Source: an uncultured delta proteobacterium (GTDB taxonomy: Bacteria; Myxococcota; UBA727; VGSZ01). From it: a stretch of 64,000 nt of DNA. The translations under genes and the position numbers were made by a program. Positions 58,210 to 64,000 of the stretch are shown here, piece by piece. Position 1 is the first letter of the stretch; each line of letters begins with the position of its first letter. The notes under the pieces were generated by a model. The model did not search any database. It was not told the origin of the DNA and saw nothing but the letters and a program-made list of their open reading frames with translations. The stretch lies in contig CAVZJB010000012.1 of the NCBI GenBank assembly GCA_963775425.1, positions 224,001 to 288,000 on the forward strand, given 5' to 3'.

Positions 58210-59037
58210 TCAGGGCGCGAGGGCGGCGAACCACGCCGCCGCGAGCAGCACCGCGTTCGCCGCCACCATCGGCAGCGGCGCGAGCAGGAGGTCGCGTGCC
58301 CGGCGCAGCTCGATGGCGTTCATGGTCACGACGAGCGCCGTCTGCGCCGACGCACACAGCGGCGCCGCGACGCCCGAAAGCATCCATAGCCCGACGAACG
58401 CCTCCCCGGCGCCGATCACGCGCGTGAGCGCCGGCGCGACGACGTCGCCGAGGATGCGCGCCACGATGCGCTCGTGCCGCGGGACGAGCCGCAGGAGCTT
58501 GAAGAGCACGCCGAAGACGATCCACACGGCGGCGACTGCGGTACGCAGGACGTCGGGCAGCGCGGCGAAGTCGAGGGGGCGCGGGCGCAGCGCGGCGAGA
58601 TCGACGTCGAGGGAGGCGTCGAGCTGGCGCGCGAAGGCCCACGCGTACACCGCGACGTAGAGCGCGAAGCCGGCGGCGGCGGCGGCGCGGACGGGGAGGC
58701 GCCACGGCGAGCCGCGCAACAGCACCGGGTCGAACACCAGCGGCTGTGCGGCGAGCCGCAGCGCCCAGAAGATCGCGGAGAAACCGAGAAAGAGGCGCGC
58801 GCCGCCGCTCGGCTCCAAGAGGAGCTCCGGCCGGCTCGCGGCGACGACGCCGAGCGCGACGACGACAAAGGCGACGAAGAACGTGTGCACCGCGAACACG
58901 CGCGCGGTGAGCGGCGACAGCTTCGACGTCTCCCGCGTCCAGCCGAAGAGCCGCCACAGCGGGAGATGCGCGAGCCCGAGGGCGACGTGGCTCACCCCGG
59001 CGATGCGCAGCGCGAGCTCGAGCGCGCTCGCCGTCAC
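58210..59037 (-). CDS. Membrane protein with a C-terminal DoxX-like domain
   Basis: Many TM segments; VW..FG..FKL...PRHE.IVARILG; GTGA coupling. Confidence 0.7.
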   Translation of the reverse strand: MTASALELALRIAGVSHVALGLAHLPLWRLFGWTRETSKLSPLTARVFAVHTFFVAFVVVALGVVAASRPELLLEPSGGARLFLGFSAIFWALRLAAQPLVFDPVLLRGSPWRLPVRAAAAAGFALYVAVYAWAFARQLDASLDVDLAALRPRPLDFAALPDVLRTAVAAVWIVFGVLFKLLRLVPRHERIVARILGDVVAPALTRVIGAGEAFVGLWMLSGVAAPLCASAQTALVVTMNAIELRRARDLLLAPLPMVAANAVLLAAAWFAALAP

Positions 59038-59984
59038 TGCGCCTCCGCGCGCGCCGGCGTCGTCGCGGCGACCGCGGGCGACTTTTCGAACGCGAACGCG
59101 GCGACCCACGGCGTCACCCGCCGCTCGACGGCGACGGCGAGCCCCGCGTCGGCCGCGAGGCGAAGCCACTCCGAGCGCGGCTGGAAGTGGAGGAAGCCGG
59201 GGCCGTAGGCGACGAAATTCGCCGCGTCGCGCAGGTGCTCGACGAGGAGCACGCGCCCGCCGGGGCGGAGCGCGCGCGCGAGCTCGGCGAAGAAGCGCTC
59301 GCGGATCGCGGCATCCCGGATCTCGTGCGCGGAGAAGACGACGGTGACGACGTCGCAGCTCTCGTCTTCGAGCGGCAGCGCCGCCGGCGGCGCCTTCTTC
59401 GCCACGTGCGCCCGCGGCGTCAGCGCCCGCGCCCGCTGCACGGACGGCGCGCGCACGACGACGCCGTCGTAGACATCGATGCGCGCGTGGCACCGTCCGG
59501 GCATCACCGCGTCGAGGTCGACCTCCGCGTCGAGGCCCGCGTCGACCGCCGCCCACACGAACGCCCCGTCCGGCGCGTGGGGCGGCGCCTCATCCGGCGT
59601 CGACCCGTAGGACGGGGGCTCGTCCCCCGCTTCGAGATGCGTCGCACGGGGGAGGAGCGCCGCGACCCACGTCCCGGTCGAGAGCGCGGAGCGGTCGTAG
59701 ACGAAGTGCGAGACAGCGAGCGCGAGCGCCGACCACGCGCACGCGAAGATCGCGCCGGCGACGACGACGCCGCCGAGCGCGCCGCCGCCGAGGTCGCCCG
59801 CTGCGACGGCTGCGACGGCGCCGGCGGCGGCGCCCCACGTGAGCGCGAACCTGGGCCAGTTGTAGAGAAAGATCCGCAGCGCCCCGCTCCGGCGCTTCGG
59901 CGCGGGCGCCGGCAAGGTGGACGACGTCAGCGTGGTGGACGCGCCCGCCGCCACCGGCGATGCGACGTCGCCGGGCCCGGTCAC
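59034..59984 (-). CDS. Class I SAM-dependent methyltransferase-like protein
   Basis: LPLEDESCD, FSAHEIR, RAL.PGGR..LVEHLRD. Confidence 0.75.
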   Translation of the reverse strand: MTGPGDVASPVAAGASTTLTSSTLPAPAPKRRSGALRIFLYNWPRFALTWGAAAGAVAAVAAGDLGGGALGGVVVAGAIFACAWSALALAVSHFVYDRSALSTGTWVAALLPRATHLEAGDEPPSYGSTPDEAPPHAPDGAFVWAAVDAGLDAEVDLDAVMPGRCHARIDVYDGVVVRAPSVQRARALTPRAHVAKKAPPAALPLEDESCDVVTVVFSAHEIRDAAIRERFFAELARALRPGGRVLLVEHLRDAANFVAYGPGFLHFQPRSEWLRLAADAGLAVAVERRVTPWVAAFAFEKSPAVAATTPARAEAQ

Positions 59985-60730
59985 GGCCGCGCCTCGAGGA
60001 CGCCGGCGTTCCAACCGTAGGGCACGTTCTCGACGAAGAATGCGTTCGCGAGCACGGCCGACTCGAGGTCCGGACGCGCGAGGAAGCTCGAGCGCTGCGC
60101 GACGATGCGCACCGGCCGCGGATCCCACGCCGAGCGCACACCGCGCACGACGAGCATCTTTTCGCCGTCGGCGTCGAACGTGTAGGGCAAGGGGCCGGCG
60201 AACTTGCGCGCGTCGGCGAGCGTCGCAAACGGCGAGCCCGCGGGGAGCGCGTCGGTCTCTCCGAGGTCGGCCTCGACGTGGAGGTCGGCCTCGGCGCCGC
60301 TGGTGCGGACGTCGACGACGAGGCGCTCGCCCGCGCGGGAGGCGTCGACGTCGGCCTTGCGGTAGCCGTAGTGCGTGAACGCGTTTCCGAGCCGCACCAT
60401 GCTCGCGCGATCGGCGTCGCTGCGCAGGATCTTGAGGCCGCGCAGCGTCGCCTGCCCCGGCCGCACGAAGCGCGTAAACACGCGATAGCCGCTCAAGAAG
60501 AAGTCGCGGCCGAAGACGCGCGGCAAGCCCTTGGGCCGCAGCTTCTCGGTCTGCACGAGCGCGATGGCGAGGAAGCCGCGCTCGTCGTCGCCGGCGCCGA
60601 ACGTGTCGAGCTCGAGCCCGCGCGGGACCAGCGGCCGCAGCGCCCGCGGCGGCAGCGCGTACGTGAGCACGAGCGACCAGCGGAAAAACGCCTCAACGGG
60701 AAACGGGTGTCGCCGCAGCGCCGCGAGCAT
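59981..60730 (-). CDS. DUF2071 (YqjF-like) protein
   Basis: HPFPVEAFF..SLVLTYA, LRP.GLP, F.L.GYR.F.R, FAGPLPYTF. Confidence 0.72.
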   Translation of the reverse strand: MLAALRRHPFPVEAFFRWSLVLTYALPPRALRPLVPRGLELDTFGAGDDERGFLAIALVQTEKLRPKGLPRVFGRDFFLSGYRVFTRFVRPGQATLRGLKILRSDADRASMVRLGNAFTHYGYRKADVDASRAGERLVVDVRTSGAEADLHVEADLGETDALPAGSPFATLADARKFAGPLPYTFDADGEKMLVVRGVRSAWDPRPVRIVAQRSSFLARPDLESAVLANAFFVENVPYGWNAGVLEARP

Positions 60731-61103
60731 GCGCGCCGACCATACCTCGGCGAGCGGCGGACGAGCGCCACGTCGTGGCGAGGATCGCGTCGACGAGCAC
60801 ACCGAGCGCGACGGGATCGGTGGCATCGATCTCGACGGCCACCTCCCCGGAGCTCGCCAGCGACCGCCTCTCCGGCGGCGCCGCACCGTCATCATCAGCC
60901 GCGTCACCGCCGCGCGCGCATGAGCGGGCGGCCGCCGAGCGGGTGAGCGCGTCATTCGCGTCACCGGCAAAAAGGACCGCGAGCCATGTGACGCGCCCTT
61001 GCACACGACGGCGCGCCGAGATGCCCCGGACGCGTGGGCTTATCGAGTCCTTGGCGGGGCTTCCGTTCGCCGGCTGCGCGTGGTCTGTTTTCCGGACGAT
61101 CCC

Positions 61104-61526
61104 ATGAGCGATGTGTCGCTGCCCCTGAAGATCATCGACGAAGGCGAGAACTTCCGCCTCGCCGTCTGGCGCGGGGCCGCGTACTGCCAGGTGTGGCGCC
61201 GCCCCGACGTCAGCGCCGCCGACGGCGCCCGCTTCGCCGCGGTCCTGACCAACGCGCTGCGCTTCCTGCTGACCGATCCGGACAACGAGGTCGCCGGCAT
61301 CGTCTTCGACCTGTCCGCGGCGCCGGCGTCGGCGGGGCCCACCACGCGCGCGTTGCTCGGCGAGGCCATCAACACGTGGTCGCTCGCCGGCAAGCGCGTC
61401 GCCATGCTGGTGTCGGCGGAGGAGCAGCGCGCGCAGATGGGCGAGCTCATCGCGCAAAGCGGCAACGGCAACGGCGCGGTGTTCGACGACGAGCAAGCGG
61501 CCGTCACGTTCGCCGCGGGACGCTGA
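61104..61526 (+). CDS. Hypothetical STAS/SpoIIAA-like small protein
   Basis: Alpha/beta pattern IVFDLS, ending VFDDEQAAVTF. Confidence 0.55.
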   Translation: MSDVSLPLKIIDEGENFRLAVWRGAAYCQVWRRPDVSAADGARFAAVLTNALRFLLTDPDNEVAGIVFDLSAAPASAGPTTRALLGEAINTWSLAGKRVAMLVSAEEQRAQMGELIAQSGNGNGAVFDDEQAAVTFAAGR

Positions 61527-61530
61527 CGCC

Positions 61531-61579
61531 GCGGCGGATCGGCGCGGCGGATCGGCGCGGCGGATCGGCGCGGCCGATC
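61531..61579. repeat. Short tandem repeat of about 13 bp (GGCGCGGCGGATC) between convergent genes
   Basis: About 3.7 copies visible. Confidence 0.75.
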
Positions 61580-61585
61580 ACGTCG

Positions 61586-62557
61586 TCAGGCGTGGGCCGC
61601 GTACCAGGCGAGGGCCTCGGACAGGCCCCTGCGCACGTCGTGGGTGGGGGCGTAGCCGAGCAGGCGCGCGGCCTTGCCGACGTCGGCGAGGGAGTGGCGC
61701 ACGTCGCCGGGGCGGAACGGGCCGTACGACGGCTCGCCCTGCACCTTCAGGCCGTCGCGGATCATCGCGAACAGCGCGTTGAGCGTGGTGCGGTCGCCGC
61801 AGGCGACGTTGTAGGCCTCGTTGGTGGACGTGGACGGCGCCAGCGCCGCGAGCAGGTTGGCTTGCACGGCGTTGTCGACGTAGCAGAAGTCGCGCGAGGT
61901 CTCGCCGTCGCCGTTGATGACGCAGGGCTCGCCGTGGAGGAGCGCGGCCACCCACTTGGGGATGACGGCGGCGTAGGGGCCGTTCGGATCCTGTCGCGGC
62001 CCGAACACGTTGAAGTAGCGCAGGCCGATGGTCTCGACGCCGTACGCGTCCTGGAACGTGCGCGCGTAGATCTCGTCGACGAGCTTGGTGGCGGCGTAGG
62101 GAGACAGGGGCTTGCCGATCTTGTCCTCGACCTTGGGCAGGTCGGGGTGATCGCCGTACACCGACGACGACGACGCGTACACGAAGCGGCGCACCTTGGC
62201 GTCGCGCGCGGCGAGCAGGATGTTGATGAAGCCGTCCACGTTGGCGCGGTGGCTGGCGCGCGGGTCCGCCAACGAGCGCGGCACGGACCCGAGCGCCGCC
62301 TGGTGCAGCACGACGTCGGCGCCGGTGCAGGCCTCGGTGCAGACGGCCGCGTCGGCGATGTCGCCCTCGAGCAGCTCGACGCCCTCGGGGAGATTTTCTC
62401 TCTTGCCCGTGGCGAAATTGTCGAGCACGCGCACGCGCTGGCCGAGCTCTTTCAGGTGCGCGGCCAGGTGGCTGCCGATGAAGCCCGCGCCGCCGGTGAC
62501 CAACCAGGTCCAGCGGCGTCGCGCGATTTCGCCCCTCACGTCGTCGTATCGGGTCAT
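61586..62557 (-). CDS. NAD-dependent epimerase (WbpP/TviC-like UDP-GlcNAc(A) 4-epimerase)
   Basis: [49 protein letters not shown]. Confidence 0.92.
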   Translation of the reverse strand: MTRYDDVRGEIARRRWTWLVTGGAGFIGSHLAAHLKELGQRVRVLDNFATGKRENLPEGVELLEGDIADAAVCTEACTGADVVLHQAALGSVPRSLADPRASHRANVDGFINILLAARDAKVRRFVYASSSSVYGDHPDLPKVEDKIGKPLSPYAATKLVDEIYARTFQDAYGVETIGLRYFNVFGPRQDPNGPYAAVIPKWVAALLHGEPCVINGDGETSRDFCYVDNAVQANLLAALAPSTSTNEAYNVACGDRTTLNALFAMIRDGLKVQGEPSYGPFRPGDVRHSLADVGKAARLLGYAPTHDVRRGLSEALAWYAAHA

Positions 62558-62598
62558 CGCCGCCTTGTAACGCGGCGGCGCCGGGTTACAAGCGAGGC

Positions 62599-64000
62599 GT
62601 GCGCGCGCTCCTCGTCGCCGCCCTGGTCGTCGCCGCCGGCTCCGCCGACGCACACAAGGCGTACTCGCTCAAGGAGGGCGTCGAGTGCGTGGAGTGCCAC
62701 GTCAACCCGCAGGGCGGTGGCCCGCGCACGCTCATCGGCAGCTACTACCAGGCCAAGCACGAGCTGCCCCTCGATCGCTCGCCCGCGGGCATGAAGCTCG
62801 TGCGCGACACCGTCGACCGTTGGATGCAGAAGGTGCTCGCCACGCCGCCGGTGATCCGCTGGTCCCATACGCCGGTGGCGGACCTGCCCGAGGAGCCGGC
62901 GCCGCCGCTGACGCGCGCGAGCGACCCGGCGCTGTTGCGGCGGTTGTCGCTCGACCTGCGCGGCACCATGCCCACGCCCGAGGAGCTCGCGCGGCTCGAG
63001 GAGGGCACGCTCACCGTCGACGGCGCCGTCGACGAGATGATGCGCTCGCCGGACTTCCAGTCGACGTTCCGCCTGTATCACGAAGACCTGATTCGCCCCC
63101 GCACCGGTGACTACAACACGCCGGCGAGCCTCACGCGTGTCGCCACGGCGGTCATCGACGGGGAGCTCGTCTACTCATCGGTGCGCGTGCCGGGCGAAGC
63201 GGGCAGCGGCGGGTGCCGCGCCGGCGAGCGCGTGCGCGTCTCCCCCTGGTGGGATCGCAAGGGCGCGCATTGGGCGTGCAAGACCACCGGCGACGAGCGC
63301 GTGGTCCTCGACGACGGCACGCGCTGCGACACGCTGCCTGGCCAGAAGAGCGGCAAGTGCGGCTGCGGCCCGCACATGGTCTTCTGCTATCCCAAGGGCG
63401 TGAAGGACCGCGTCATCGACTCCATGAAGGAGGAGGCGGCGCGCCTCGCGATGGAGGTGGTCGACACGGACCAGCCGTACCCCACGCTCCTGACGGCGGA
63501 CTGGACCATGGAGGACGGCGCGCTCGAGGTGTTCTACGCCAAGCTCGAGGGGCGCCTCGCCGAGCTCCGGGACCCCGACATCGACAAGCCGTGGCGGCGC
63601 CTGATGCGCCCCCCTCGACACTCCGGCGTCCTCAGCACGCCCGAGATGTTCAACTTCTTCTACAACGGCCGCCGCTGGGCGCAGCGCGTGTTCGAGGCCT
63701 TCTTCTGTCACGACGTCTACCCCGACTTCAATCTCCTCGACGACACCGCCGACGCGGGGAAGACCACCGCCGTTCCCTATAGAGACAACCCCGACTTCGA
63801 GCCCACGCTCACCGTCACGGAGTCGCGCGCCTGCGCCGCGTGCCACATGCAGCTCGACGGGCTCTCGCGCGTGAAGGACCGCTGGGATCCGTTTGGCCGC
63901 TACCACGAGGTCGACAAGCGCGGCCTGCCCATCCCGCAGCGAGCGATCTTCATGGGGCGGGAGATCGACGGCGTCGACGGCCTCGGCAAGGCGCTCGCCG
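62599..64000 (+). CDS. Secreted c-type haem protein, DUF1549/DUF1585/DUF1588-like; runs off the right edge
   Basis: Missing from the ORF track. GTG 62599, signal peptide, [35 protein letters not shown]. Confidence 0.75.
   Translation, partial: MRALLVAALVVAAGSADAHKAYSLKEGVECVECHVNPQGGGPRTLIGSYYQAKHELPLDRSPAGMKLVRDTVDRWMQKVLATPPVIRWSHTPVADLPEEPAPPLTRASDPALLRRLSLDLRGTMPTPEELARLEEGTLTVDGAVDEMMRSPDFQSTFRLYHEDLIRPRTGDYNTPASLTRVATAVIDGELVYSSVRVPGEAGSGGCRAGERVRVSPWWDRKGAHWACKTTGDERVVLDDGTRCDTLPGQKSGKCGCGPHMVFCYPKGVKDRVIDSMKEEAARLAMEVVDTDQPYPTLLTADWTMEDGALEVFYAKLEGRLAELRDPDIDKPWRRLMRPPRHSGVLSTPEMFNFFYNGRRWAQRVFEAFFCHDVYPDFNLLDDTADAGKTTAVPYRDNPDFEPTLTVTESRACAACHMQLDGLSRVKDRWDPFGRYHEVDKRGLPIPQRAIFMGREIDGVDGLGKALA

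Overview
Very GC-rich bacterial DNA. Cys-rich lipoproteins with (EG)n linkers, a eukaryote-like Ser/Thr kinase and a DUF1585/1588-type haem protein suggest a Myxococcota/deltaproteobacterium-like genome (inference). I found no rRNA, tRNA, CRISPR array, integrase or transposase. Contents from left to right: (1) a potassium-uptake island of at least 14 kb (kup, short KdpD-like kinase, kdpE, kup, porin, an unannotated peptide, kdpFABC, kdpD) with 11-bp-phased TCAA boxes; (2) mobA and a GH31 lipoprotein; (3) an orphan pair of a DUF1521/MIIA (GDPH self-cleaving) protein and a SycD/LcrH-like chaperone, behind a sigma28-like motif that recurs before a thioredoxin-DCC operon; (4) a MoxR-type AAA+ ATPase and a 1739-aa HEAT/HExxH/vWA protein; (5) a 1764-aa fusion of aldehyde dehydrogenase, class-III aminotransferase, GNAT and a lysine-less class-III aminotransferase, the best novelty candidate; (6) cysC facing an operon of a sulfatase-like protein, two phosphodiesterases and a pseudo-CysC; (7) a dispersed and tandem 29-bp repeat; (8) gdhA followed by a receiver/PEP-synthase-like protein; (9) unusual signalling proteins, mscS, a DUF2071 operon, a WbpP-like epimerase and a truncated c-type haem protein. 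All family calls come from motif recognition by eye; no database search was run.
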